Below are positions 1 through 11,864 of a stretch of 64,000 bases of DNA, piece by piece. The translations under genes were made by a program, and so were the position numbers. Below the pieces are notes generated by a model that saw only the letters and a program-made list of their open reading frames with translations, made no database searches and had not been told where the DNA came from. The DNA comes from Zygnema circumcarinatum SAG 698-1b (taxonomy: Eukaryota; Plantae; Zygnematophyceae): contig CM074809.1 of assembly GCA_037447605.1 (NCBI GenBank), positions 734,689 to 798,688 of the forward strand, read 5' to 3'. Position 1 is the first letter of the stretch. Each line of letters begins with the position of its first letter.

Positions 1-3000
1 CGCTGAATTTATTCGCTTTCGAATTTCCTGAAACAAAGGGAGAAAACCAGGCATTTTTTGGTATAAAACGAAGGGGTAAATGGTGAACAAAATTATTCTC
101 GTCCACACTATGAAGAAAGTGTATTTGCTATGTCTGTCTTGGGTGGGGAAATCCATTTATAAGTTTAAATTACATATTCAATTCAGGATTTCTTAAATGA
201 TTTTGTTACCTCTTTCGCTTTCTGGTCCCGGACGAGTATCACTTGATCTGCTCCAAATTCGATGTTTTTATCTTCACCGAATTCGACACTCCCGAACATT
301 CTGATTTCGTTCTCGTCCAGTTTTTCTTTCTGCGAGCCGGCATGGACAACCCTTCTGACAGAATCAAAATCGGAAGGAATTGATCACCCCCTTCCCCTCC
401 CTCCCCCTTCTCGCTCGCCCGCTCCTCTTCCCCCCGCCTCCCTCCTCCCCCCCTCCCGCGTCGACCCCTCCCTCCCTCCCTCACTCCCGCCCTCCCTCTT
501 CTCGGCAGCCCTCCCCCCCAACCTCCTCCTGCCTTCCTCCTCTCCCCCTCCCTCCTCGACTCCTCCCTCCCTCCTTCCCTCCCTCCCTCCCTCCCTCCCT
601 CCCTCCCTCTCTCCCTCCCTCCCTCCCTCCCGCCCTCCCTCTTCTCGCCCGCCCGCCCCACACCCCCCCCCCCCCCTCCCACCGCCTCCCACCTCCCTCT
701 TCGCCCCCTCCCTCCCTCCCCCCATCCCTTTTCTTCTTCTTCTTCTTCTTCTTCTTCTTCTTCTTCTTCTTCCTTTTCTTCTTCTTCTTCTTTTTGAAAT
801 ATGAATCCGTATTCGTCTTTCCTCAGCCATTTCTACAATGCTTCAATGTGCTTCATGTCTTCTAATTTCAGCCATATATCACTATTCACACGTAGCATAT
901 ATGGTTTTATTAGTTTACCGTACGGAAAACTGGTCGAGGCCCATTCTCCATGGCTTGTTCCGGTTGGAGCCGATCGATACAGCCCTGCAGAAGCAGCCAA
1001 GCAATTCGTTCAAGAACTATTTTCAAAAGGACGTATTGAAGTAATATTTAGTAAAATAATATAATATAGCATGAAAATAATGAATAGCGACTTGCATGCA
1101 AAAATGAGCCTGTCAAACCTTCCATATTGCTTGCTGGATTGCTGCAAAAAATAAAATGATAAGCATGAACTTCTGGGTGAAATTCAGACCTCAAAAAAGC
1201 GGTGCAACAAATCCACAACGCTGGCGGCGAGGCCGAGAATGCCCGCGTGGGTTCGATAATTATCGGTCAAATTTTTCATTTTCGGCTGCAGCTGGCTGAG
1301 ATTTCCCGTATTCGTCACTCTGCTTGAATTCCAAAATCGGTAGAATAAGGCCTTCACCTGAAAAGAATTTCCCGTTTTCTCAGAAACCGCGAATAACGTG
1401 CAGCGGTGTCTTAAAATGTATTTTTTGAATTGCACCATTTCAATTGAATTGGAATTGAAATCATTTCTTATATTATAAGAGGGATTCTCACTTCTTCAAA
1501 GCGGAAAGCAGATCCCGGAGCAATCGTTTGAGCCGTATCGCCCGCCAAAAAGAAACCTGCTCACCCTTAGCCTTTATTTTTCTTTATCCAACAGTTCTTT
1601 TCTTTGCTTTTACTTTTCATCCTTCTGCAGCTTTCACTATTTGGTTCTATTTTTTCTTTCTTTTTGGGAGCAGCTGTGAGTTTCTATATCCTGCATGTGA
1701 TCTGCATGACAGGAATTCAGAAAGTTCGGAAGTAATGCTCGAACTTCAATTGTCATCTTTAAAGTTTGAAAGCTTAAAGAAGCACATAAGAAGATACCGT
1801 GAGGATTGGGGCACATCAGAAGCAAGAGCTTCACTTGCGCCAGGGTGAGGTCCTGCACAGCCCAAAAACTCCCTTAATGAAATAAGCAACCCAGAAAAAG
1901 CGATTTCAGCCAGTTGCAACACACATCATTCAGCAATGAAATTGATGGAAAAAAACAACCATGGAATGGTCCTAAGTTTTGGCTCGTACTTGCACTTCGT
2001 CGCAGTAAAATTCATGAATTGGCACTCCCAAAAACCCCACCTCACTCATTCGCTTATGTACTCTGTAGACTCTATCCTGTAAATCGCGATGGTTCTCCCC
2101 TTTCTTCAACTTCTCATAATTTTCAAATAGTGCATAAGAGATTTCGCGGTCCAGTTGAAACATCGGGAAACTCCGCCTGCGTGCTCCAATATACGAGTTC
2201 CGATCTAAGTAGCCGAGGGGGCTTTCAACAGCCCCAATACTCCCCTGCATTGCAGAAAATAGCATGCTATGAAATAGGCCAATCCTAGTCTCTTCTTATT
2301 GATCTCGCTCCATTTTGAAAGATGAAAACTATACGCTCAAGAGCGATGTTAACTGGAATTGATTTGCTCTCTCTCTCTCTCTGGGATTTTCTCTCTCCAT
2401 CTCTCTCTCTATCTCTCTGATTCTCTCTCCCTCTCTCTCGCTTTCTCTCTCTCCACCTCTTTGGAGAACCAAAAAGGAGGAATTTACAGAAAGGGATAGA
2501 GGGGAGGATTGCTTAATGAAGCTTACCTTGATAAGAGACACAATTTCTGTCCATACGAGCGATGGATCGTAGTGACGAGTTTTTTTCTCATCCATTTTCC
2601 GCCAGTAATATCTCTCAAAAAGGCTGTACTCTACAGTCGTTTTCATTGTTCCACGTTTAAGGCCCCAATACCCTCCTCCTCTTTCTTCTGATACTGTGCC
2701 TTCAAGCATGGTAAGGAGCTTCTCATATGTCAGAAAAAGTGGAAAAAAATCTTCTGGCAAGTCTCTGAAGGTATCGGGAATATCGCTGAAGAGGCTTTGC
2801 TCATCTGAATCTTCAAGCAGCCCCTGCGAGAAAGGAGCGCACGATGAGCCAAAAAAGTACTGCGTTCAGTCGTGGGTCCTACTTGACTCTCAAACCGGCT
2901 TTATACTTTTCAACACATCGCCGCTCAGAGGCACAAAGTATGAGTGTAAAAGCAAAAGATTACAATCTCCAAAAAGCATACATATAAACCTATGGCCTCT

Positions 3001-5560
3001 GGAAGCCCTTTTTTCGAGTTGTTACGGTTCTTTATGGTCCTTCACTTTATGGATTTTTAGGGTTTCTTTATTCAAATTTTACCTCCAACGAATCCTTCTC
3101 TGCCATTCGCATAGCTGATTTGAAAGCTTGATCTCGTTGCTCATTCCTTTCGTTTGTTGCCCCAGCCTGCCATTTTTGGAAAACGAGCACACAAGGTATC
3201 AGAGCTTTCTTCGACATCCCCTTTCCCTCTCCTTTTCTCTCTCTCTCTCGCTCTCCCTCTCGCCCACCCCCCTGTCGCCCTCTCTCCCTCTCCCTCTCAA
3301 GCGTCTTCCCTCCCCCCGACTTCCTCGTTCCATTTTGAAGGAGTCCCTGTGTACAGCTCGTACAGTGCCAGCTTTTCCTTGTTCTCACCATCAGCTTGCA
3401 GAAGTACCGTCGAACTCGACCGCATAGTATTGGACTGACTGTAACAAAAACTTGGTGAAGTTTACTTCCTGCTCTATCTTCTCCCCTCCGGAAAGGGTAC
3501 CAAGGGCAGGCAATAGCCTGAACTGGCACTTGTTGCCGGTAATTCTGCACAATATGACCAAAGAATCTCTGGAAAAAGGCACTATTCTGAAATTTGGACA
3601 GAAATCAGAAGGGAATCAAACCCTACAGCTGTGTCAAGAAGTTCTTTGCGCAAAGAAGTGTAGGCAGTGATCGTCTTTTCATGAAACGTTGCTCCCCACA
3701 AGGTTTAAGAAAACTCTCGACCGCTTCAGAGTTCTTTCGAATTATAGCACTGACTAGATCCATGTCCTGAGATAGGAGATGTTTCTGCAATTCCTTTTAA
3801 CTAATGTTATCGCGTTTTTTAGTACTGGGAATGACGGCTTACTAGTAGAAATGTGGAGAGCATACGATACAATATGCAAGTCGTTTTTCCGGTCCCACTT
3901 CTTCCCAGAAGAAGTACACTCGAAATCTCATCCACAACCTACATATCAAACCATGCAAGATGAATCTTGTCGCAACCTGAGAATAATCAAAACTTTTTAA
4001 AGAAGAAAGTTCCGTCTCAGCCTTCCAAGAAGTGTCCTGCCCAAAAAAGTTCCAAAAAGAGATCATAAAACCATCTGTAACGATACTCTAGAGCCGTTTC
4101 AGCTTTGGGGAGTCTGAAGCTTTTACCTCATGTTCCTCCTTTGTGAGGTGGAAGGCAAACTCCGCATCTGTGCCATCCAAAAGGCAGCGAATGACGGACC
4201 TTGAAAGAGCCACGAACTTCGTCAAAAGCAACGAGTCTTCAGACTCAGTCGGAGCATCGTCTGCCACTTGTGGCCGGTCGACCGCTCGCATGTGTGAATC
4301 ACCAAAAACGATGGCAGGTCGGTTTTCAACATTGAGCGTGCAATTCCTTAGGTGGTCCTCCGAGTAGGCTTTATGCAATTTTATGAGCCGTTTCAGAGTG
4401 GACTTTATTTCGTCTGCATTCATGAACGACAGGTTAAAGGCAGGAAGTGTAGATCGCCACAGAAACGGAGTGGCATTCAAGTTATCATTTGAAAATGCTT
4501 GTTAATACCCAGCACAGAAAAGGAAACCGGCGAGGCAAGACGTTGATAAAGTTTTGAAAAGCCTCAAGAAGTCTGATTGACATCTAAGAATGATCCCTTG
4601 AATTCTCCCACCATGAAATATAACCGTGTAAACTAGGAAACATACCGTGATTAGCGACGTTCCACACCTTCACAACTTGCATATGTGCGCCCATTGACTT
4701 ATTCCACGCGACGTCACATTGCCAAATAATCCACAAATTATTCTACCGCCAATTTCCTCGCCATAATCATTCTGTTAGACGAATCAATTTGACTTAAAAG
4801 TCCATGTGCACTGCTGCGCTGTGGGGAACACGAACTCGCACGGTTCATCGTCAAGGAGTTCGTCAAGGAGTTTTTCAATCTCTAATAGGGTGGACTCCTA
4901 CTCGAGGAAAGCAAAGCGAGCACGATTGTACATATAAGCCAAAAAAACCTCACCAGAACTCTGCAATAGTACACGGGGACTTTAAGCCGGGCACACTTCA
5001 ATGGTTTTTTCATTGCAGTTGTCCAATTTCCGCTGCGGAAGCAGTCAAGCTTCTTCACCACAGCGTCGCATGGGTCCCTTTGAAGACTCCGCAGGACAGA
5101 CTCGGCGACGATGACCTAACAGAGAAACCCCCAAACATACGTGGATTTTGTTCAAGCACAGTTTTGGTTACGGCGTACTCAGACCCTTGTCACGCTTAGG
5201 CTGACAGGATAAGTAAAGCAAACGTGGCAGTACTTCAAAATATCATGCTTAATTCCAGAACAAACGGATGCGATAATCACGATGATCACAACAGCGACAG
5301 CGCTTTCTCTGCTTTCTTGGAACTGCAACTGCAAGGTGATTCTTTCTCACCAATAGCGTCTCCCCTCTATTTGCCACTCATTACAAGAATATCGAGATTA
5401 CTGCATCGACCTATGAAAATTATTGCATCAACCTATATGGAACAGCATTCAAGATCCATGAAGCATTCAAGAAACAACAAGATGTGCGACTTACCGGCCA
5501 TTCGGACTGGTCATCGAGCAAGACTCCCACTCCGTTCACACCGTCCCCTCTACACTCCAT
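1..5560 (-). CDS. TRANK1/LBA1-type UvrD-like (SF1) helicase with N-terminal RelE-like segment; multi-exon, 3' part runs off the window start
   Basis: Spliced minus-strand exons give Walker A LLLGRSGTGKTT (~3880-3915), KLHQVFVTVSPILC, FFPLFLTYEKLLTMLEGT, EIVSLIKGS, Walker B FYCDEVQ, GDTAQTIA, LTDNYRTHAGIL and EFGADQVILVR, all typical of TRANK1 and plant UvrD-like helicases. Predicted first exons: 5560-5495, 5115-4954, 4742-4646. Confidence 0.88.
380..795. repeat. Polypyrimidine/polypurine tract ending in a (CTT)n microsatellite, inside a helicase intron
   Basis: About 400 nt of almost only C/T on the plus strand; (CTT)n at ~730-790. Explains the spurious Pro- and Gly/Arg-rich ORFs here. Confidence 0.95.
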
Positions 5561-5774
5561 TCTGCTCTATTGCTGCCCTCTGTCAGCGACCCGCTTCAAC
5601 TCATTCGCCAAGAAAACTCCTGCAACTCTCTACCAGATACCCTCAATCACCACCATCCATTCCCTCCCTTCTCTGTCCCTCGAGGCGGCCTGATTGCAGG
5701 AGGGAGCCATCCCCTGCAAAAGCGGCACTTTGAACGGTACACGCTTCGTCGTGCGTTACCAAGGCCGAGCGGAC

Positions 5775-5793
5775 CCAATCAGAATTTGCCACG
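5775..5793 (+). promoter_or_regulatory. CCAAT-N9-CCACG (ERSE-type NF-Y/bZIP composite) with G-box, upstream of the helicase
   Basis: ccaat cagaatttg ccacg(tgg), ~215 bp upstream of the predicted ATG in a CpG-rich island. Confidence 0.6.
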
Positions 5794-5946
5794 TGGACAG
5801 ACTCGCGGTCGTGGCGCTCTGTGACTGGTCAACCGCGTAGTCGCGTGCGCTGAGTGCCGTTCTCGCCCTGCGGCCGGCCCATGCATGCATGCCGCCGTGG
5901 CATGTGCCATCGGCCGCAGGAACTGGCCCTCTGCAGGGTACTTTTA

Positions 5947-6895
5947 GGGTAGTGATATTTCCACCCCTTTTTTGGATCCTAACACCCCTTCCCGGCCGGG
6001 CAGATTTCAAAAAGGATTAAAAACGGAAAATGCTTTTTTCACACCTTTTTGGAATCGATACCCACCCTCCATCGGCAGATTATATTTTTGCGAAACAAGG
6101 AAAATGATAACCCGTCACCCCATTTTGAATATCCCGCTTACCTGAATTTCTTTTCACGCGTGCGGTCAATCGCAGCCGTCGATTCCCTCGCAAATCGCAA
6201 CACTGCAGGTCACTATTTGATCTGCAGCCGGGCTCGGTCACAGCGAATGGCACGTGCCCACGTATCCCGCCAAAGTCGCCTCAAAAGTTGTTCCGTACAA
6301 ATATCGTACGATCGCAACTTTGAGGAACCCAAAATTTCGTACATTGAGAGCTTGGACCAATCAAACATTTCCACGTCAAAATTGTAACACGTGGCACCTG
6401 TTGATTGGCTGGGAGCTAACAATGACGAGATCTTGGGCCGATAGACGCGCGCACTCGCACGTGCGATTCGGCTTTAACGGGACTCGTGGGCGCTTTCCAT
6501 TCGCTAAGATCGAGCCCGGCTGCAGATCGAACGGTGACCTGCAGTGATGCGATCTGCGAGGGAATCGACAGCTGCGATTGACACACACGTGTGAAAGGCG
6601 GACACCGGCGAACGATCTCGTGGCGGACGGATCTTCCATTTCGAGCGGATTCGGGCTGGCAGATATTTCTTTCCCTCAAAAAAAAAATTCAGGGAGGCGG
6701 GATACAGTATTCAAAATGCAGTGACGGGGTATCATTTTCCTTGGTTAGCAAAAATAAAATCAGCCGACGGAAGAAGGTGGGTATCGATTCCAAAAAGGCG
6801 TGAAAAAAGCATTTTCCGTTTTTAATCCCTTTTGAAATCTGCCCGGCCGGGAAGGGGTGTTTGGATCCAAAAAAGGGGTGGAAATATCACTACCC
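5947..6895. mobile_element. Non-autonomous foldback/Mutator-like DNA transposon, 949 bp, 8-bp TSD
   Basis: Termini GGGTAGTGATATTTCCACCCC...GGGGTGGAAATATCACTACCC. Outer IR ~190 bp plus an inner IR (~6154-6280 vs ~6471-6597). TSD TACTTTTA at 5939-5946 and 6896-6903. No transposase ORF. Confidence 0.9.
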
Positions 6896-7269
6896 TACTT
6901 TTATTCATCTTTGTTTAAGAGGGAGCAAAGCAAAGCCAATATCCGTACTGTCCAATGGGATGTCGTTAGCAGTACTGTACTGATTCTGGAATCAAAACAT
7001 GATGAGAAAGCTGAGAGGAAGTACTGCGCTGAGGTCACATGCTGAGAATGCATGCATGGCGCAAAAGGTGGTCCCTTGGGTCGCAGCCATTAGATCGCAA
7101 ATATCGCCGGCCGCATCGCGATACGTCGGCAATAACCGCCTGTATGGCCGCTTGCCGACGCCAGCCGGCTAGCTCCGCCGGCAAGTGCAGTTGCGCCGGC
7201 AAACTCCGCATGCGACAATCGTTGTCAATCGTTGTCGTTGTTGTCGTTGTTGTCGTTGTCGTCTTGTCT

Positions 7270-7690
7270 TGTCCACGTCGGATTTGGGGTGTGTCTTGAG
7301 GCGTAAGGTCCAGCGTGTCGTGTCCACTGTCTTGAGGCGAAAGGTCCAGCGTGTCTTGTCCATTGGGATTTGGGGTGTGTCTTGAGGCGGAAGGTTCCAG
7401 CGTGTACTGTCCACGTAGGATCTGGGGTGTGCCTTGAGGCATAAGGTCCAGCGTGTCTTGCCCACGTAGGATATTAGGGGGTGTCAGACTTAAAAAATTT
7501 CAGTACGCGTGTTCGTAAGTTTGACATCAGAACGAGTACTCCAGTATAATCGCGATCCTCCTGCGGCGGAGTACTTTCGTAACCTTTTTTTTCGTAAGAT
7601 TTTGTTAAGTCTGACACCCCCTATTGATGTGTGTTTTGAGGCGTGCGATCCGGCGTCCATGTATGATTTGGGGTGTGGCCAGCGGCGTGT
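7270..7690. repeat. Degenerate ~50-bp tandem repeat, preceded by a (GTT/GTC)n tract at ~7220-7265
   Basis: Core GTGTCTTGAGGCGNAAGGTCCAGCGTGT recurs at ~7291, 7328, 7377 and 7428, with a degenerate copy at ~7629. Confidence 0.85.
7476..7622. mobile_element. Small MITE (~147 bp)
   Basis: Perfect TIR (A)GGGGGTGTCAGACTTAA...TTAAGTCTGACACCCCC(T). Flanks read as an ATT/ATT 3-bp TSD, or TA/TA if the element starts at G7477. Confidence 0.8.
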
Positions 7691-8225
7691 CGTCCAGAGT
7701 GACTCGTCCACATAGGACTTCGGGACTTCTTCTTCTTAAGAGAAGCGATACGTGTGCTGGTATGAAACGCGAGTGCTCACATGCGATAACGTATTGTGTT
7801 GAACACACAAATGAATTTGTTCTTGAGTACAAGTCTTGGCTTCCTTTTACACTTGCTGCTGGGAGAAGACGTTGTGACGAGTAGCCCGACTCTACTTTTG
7901 GCTGTGTCATTAATCTCTTCAAGTTAGGAATTTGATAAATGCTCCTTCACTTTGGAAAGGTAGGGGGCTTTCCGAGGTGGCATTATTGCTTCAAGACTGT
8001 GACAGCTTCTCAACATGGCAGCAGTGAGAGGAGAGATCCTGGGCACACGCAGTCTGGAGGTGATGGAGGGTGGGGTCATCGCGCACAGAAACCCTCTCCT
8101 GCGGGAGACGCATCCAAACTGACAGGCGGAGGGAAACCTTGTTATACATATCAACATGAGCATACATGGCTGCCGCAGTTCTTCTAAGCCTTCTACCAAA
8201 CAATGGTCTATGGAGATAGCTTCCA

Positions 8226-11200
8226 TCACAACCCACCTGCTTCGAAATCGTTTCTTGTCGGGTATTCCAACCCCTGCAACACAGCCATCCTCCGAATGTC
8301 TTCGGGGGAATAAGCCGGTAAAAACCAATAGAGAGGTTCCGTCCCAAAAACCTACACCCCCAACACCACCCGCACCCCCCCTCCTCCAAACATCAATGCA
8401 ACTTGTCTGTAAGTTCTAAAAAAGTTTAACTTTTTGGTTTCAATTTTGAAGTTAGGGTGTCGGCTTCCACCTTTTTGTAGGTTTCCAGAATCAGGTTTCA
8501 GATTCTTGGTTTTTTCTGTCAATGCGATTCAAAAAACAGAAATGAAAATTCACCTGCTCAAAATTTCTTTTCCGGCCCAAGTCATAGCGCCACCTGTTGC
8601 CGGCCTTCTTTTCATAAGCCTGTCAGCCGCCTGTAGGCCGCCTGTCAGTGAAAAGCACACACTTGGCCTCACTAGACCCACACGTCAAACGTAAAACTGC
8701 CAAGAAGCCACACAACCCAACACCCTCAAGTGCACCTTGCAATCCCACCCAGTCCCCCTCTCCCACGGCTTCTTTCCCTCCCTCCAAATCTCTGACTTCC
8801 AACACACGCACTCCGTACTTGTCTTTCTTCTCGTTACTCACTGATACAGCCTGGAGAAGCTCTCCCACTCCCTCCAAACATGCATTTACAGCAGCTCAAA
8901 GGACTGCAACAAGCACAATACAAACGGACAGCTGACCTCAATAGTAGTGGTGTTGTTGAGGACAAGCGAGAGGTGCATGATCAGAAACCCGCAGAGGCTT
9001 AGTGCGAATGCCAGATTGAGCACTGAAAGTACCCATCCAACATCCCCCATTGCCGTCAACACATGCATCTTACAATGACTCTGACCCAAGCCCTAAACAT
9101 GCTCCACACTGTTCAGTCTTCCCGTACCCCCTCCCACTTCTACGGCAACACCCTCCGTCCTACCTCTACCCCCTCTTGCCAAAAGCATCCTAACCCCCCT
9201 CTCTCTTACTGCAAACTCCTTTCCATCTTACTACAACCCCATTCCTCCTACCACACACGCTCTCCTCAGAAGATTAGGTTTCTTACCAAAGCCGAGAAAT
9301 GTGAGCGCAATATCCCCCGGATTGGGTGAATCGGAATCATCAACATCAAACACGGTGAAGAAGCGCGGGAAAAGCGAAAAGGCAGCCAGGATTGTAGCAA
9401 GCATCGTATAGACCTGTTCCGTGTGTCCATACACAGAAAGCGCTATTTAGGGTTTGTGGTAACAGCTCTGACGACCCAGTGAGACAGACATGAAGATAAA
9501 TGAAACGTTAAAAGGATCGGACACGAATGTCAAGATAAAGGTCACAATTAAGAGTAGGAATACGAACTAGTCGAAGTCTCACCAGGAATAAGAGAAAGAA
9601 TTTGTAATTCTTTGCGCCAACGCAATTCACCACCCACACGCAATGGTGGTCCATCTTCAGCACGCATCGTCGACCTGTTCACAGCATCCGGGAAAAACCA
9701 CCATTCCACAGCCAATAATTGAGGATATACAACATGACATTACGTCAAAAAACGGGAAAATTGATGCCATCCATTTCTAACATCAGATCATTCATCCCTT
9801 TACGCCTGATAATCCCTCGCCTTGTTTCCTCCCGTATGCCTGATTAGCCACCTCATTTTTCTTCACAACAGCATGAAAAATGAGAGGTTAGGGCACATTC
9901 AGTACTCACAAACAGAGCAGTGGTGGGTCCGTGGAGGCTTGTAACTGGAGCACTTCCGACATCGACGAATTTGAATGCCTTGAAGGGCCACGGATGGGGG
10001 GGGAGCAGCAGGCTGTGCTTGTTCGGGATGTGCCTCTAAAGATTGGTCGGTTGATAGTTGCCCGGATGGGAGAGGGCTCGACCTAGATGGCCCCACTAAG
10101 GGAGTCCCTTCCTGCCCAATACGATGTTCAGCTTTCTCAATTTCACTCATATGCTGAGCCTCCATTTCGTCTTCTTCAGGATATGGGCGCCAACCAGGTG
10201 GTACACTTCCGGGGTCCGTGAACACCACAGCAAAATAGGACCACAGGAGCATTACCAGCTGCCACATACATGCAAAAAAGTTGACAATGGTGACAAAAAG
10301 TAAGTGAAGTTGAATCAGGTTCTCATGATCTGGAGCTATGCTGAAGCCGCTTATAATGTGATTAGAGATGGGAGAGGAAAAGTTGGACGAGAACTGTGGA
10401 AAAGTCCACAGTCGCTGGTCTACAAAGAGGGGTTGAGGTGAGAAATCGAACAGAAAATGACAGGGCAGACGCGAGGGAAAGCATGGGAGAAAGAAGGGAG
10501 AAAGAGACCGAGAGCACGAATGTGATATCTTGATTTCTGGTCCAAGCAAGGGAGGTGCAGAAGTAGGAAAAGAATGGGAGAAAGCGGGGGAGAAAAGAAG
10601 ACAGCAAGAAGACAGAAAGAAAGGGAGCGAGGGCAACAGAGGGAGAACGACACAATGAGAGCTTAGACTGCAGAAAGCAGTAAGAGTCTGATATACTCGT
10701 GAAGTGACTCCCTTGAAGCCATATGAGCATGTGTACTGACTGGATCCGACTGAGGCTGTAAACCTCACATGGGCTAATGCAATGTCTCTTCTCTGGACTC
10801 TTGCGATGGGGCCGAACAAATTTTAGGTTCTTAACCTAATAGGCGCCTGCCAAAAACATGATTGCAGGACTCCAAATTCACCGAGATGAGCAACGACTGA
10901 AAACAACCCATAGTACAAAATGCACAAATAAGTGCGAATTAACCCAGAAAAGAACCAAAGGATAAAATCTCCCATATACAATCTCACGAAAAAACTGAAC
11001 GTAAGAACGGCCGTCGCTGAAGGTTTTCGTATAAACTCACCAGGGAGTGGAAAAGCAACGTCAGAAAGGCTGCGGAAATGGCTTCTCTCCCTCCAGAGAA
11101 TAAGGTTGGGCCATACCCACACACCACAACCTCATAATATGTGAGGCCCACAATTGCGAGGACTACGAGCACCATCAAGGAGCCCACAACCCTAAGTCCC

Positions 11201-11229
11201 GTGCACAGCCGAAAAAAGTTCCAAGCCAT
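8226..11229 (-). CDS. DHHC protein S-acyltransferase (PAT13/PAT14-like), multi-exon
   Basis: [23 protein letters not shown]; [15 protein letters not shown]; [18 protein letters not shown]; [25 protein letters not shown]; NTTTIEAYEKK; [18 protein letters not shown]. An in-frame upstream ATG exists at 11406. Confidence 0.95.
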
Positions 11230-11816
11230 GACTGTCTCTCCTCCCTCCTGCTTCCCCTTTCCCTGACTACAAGGCCTGACCGTGATGTCGAGCAAGCGCA
11301 GCAAAGCCCCTCCCACTACAACAAAGCGAGGCTCTCCCCCTCTAAGAAAACGTTTGCTGCGATTTCCAGAGTTTAAGAAGGCGGAAGAGATTCTTGCGGC
11401 CGGCATGGCTGGGAGGGAGAGGGCGGCCGAAGGTGGCCGAGCTTCCCCGCAGCCATGGCGCCGAGGTGAAGATGAGCTATCAGAGGAGCAAGTGATACAT
11501 CTTCATCCTCATCCTCATCATCATCATGTCTGATGCATGGCTCCAATGCCACTTCTATCTTTTCACACACTTCTGGACAAACAGAAACAAGTTCTTTTTT
11601 AAACTTTGAGAACGCGCCTTCCGATCTGGAGACCAAGAAGAAAGGTCATTAGGCTAGCTCTCCCTAGAAGGTGGCCCCTGCAAAGCACGAACCAATCATA
11701 GCTTGCCACCGTGGCATAATTGCTGATATGGCAGGCACCGATTGGGTGGGGTCGAGCACAGTGCGCTCAACTGCGACGGCCGACGGCGGTTCGACTCACG
11801 GGCTCACGGCTTCGGC

Positions 11817-11864
11817 TGTACGAATGTACGAATGTACGAATGTACGAATGTACGAATGTACGGA
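11817..11864. repeat. (TGTACGAA)6 tandem repeat
   Basis: TGTACG at 11817, 11825, 11833, 11841, 11849 and 11857. Confidence 0.95.

Noticed and set aside
340-380. Apparent frameshift in the helicase before EFGADQVILVR
   Set aside because: Resolved by donor ACG|gtaaac (~918) and acceptor cgcag|AAA (~329), giving an in-frame GPRPVFRT-KEKLD.
239-865. Several 147-180 aa ORFs rich in Pro/Ser or Gly/Arg/Glu
   Set aside because: They are translations of an intronic CT tract, open only because the sequence lacks stop codons.
7270-7470. CRISPR-like spaced repeats
   Set aside because: Eukaryotic context, spacers are similar to each other, and there are no cas genes; this is a minisatellite.
9899-10819. 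306-aa ORF as a separate gene
   Set aside because: Its 3' part is DHHC exon 2 and the remainder is read-through of intron 1.
11750-11812. GGTTCGACTC B-box-like motif suggesting a tRNA or SINE with a (TGTACGAA)n tail
   Set aside because: No convincing A-box, cloverleaf or TSD could be built.
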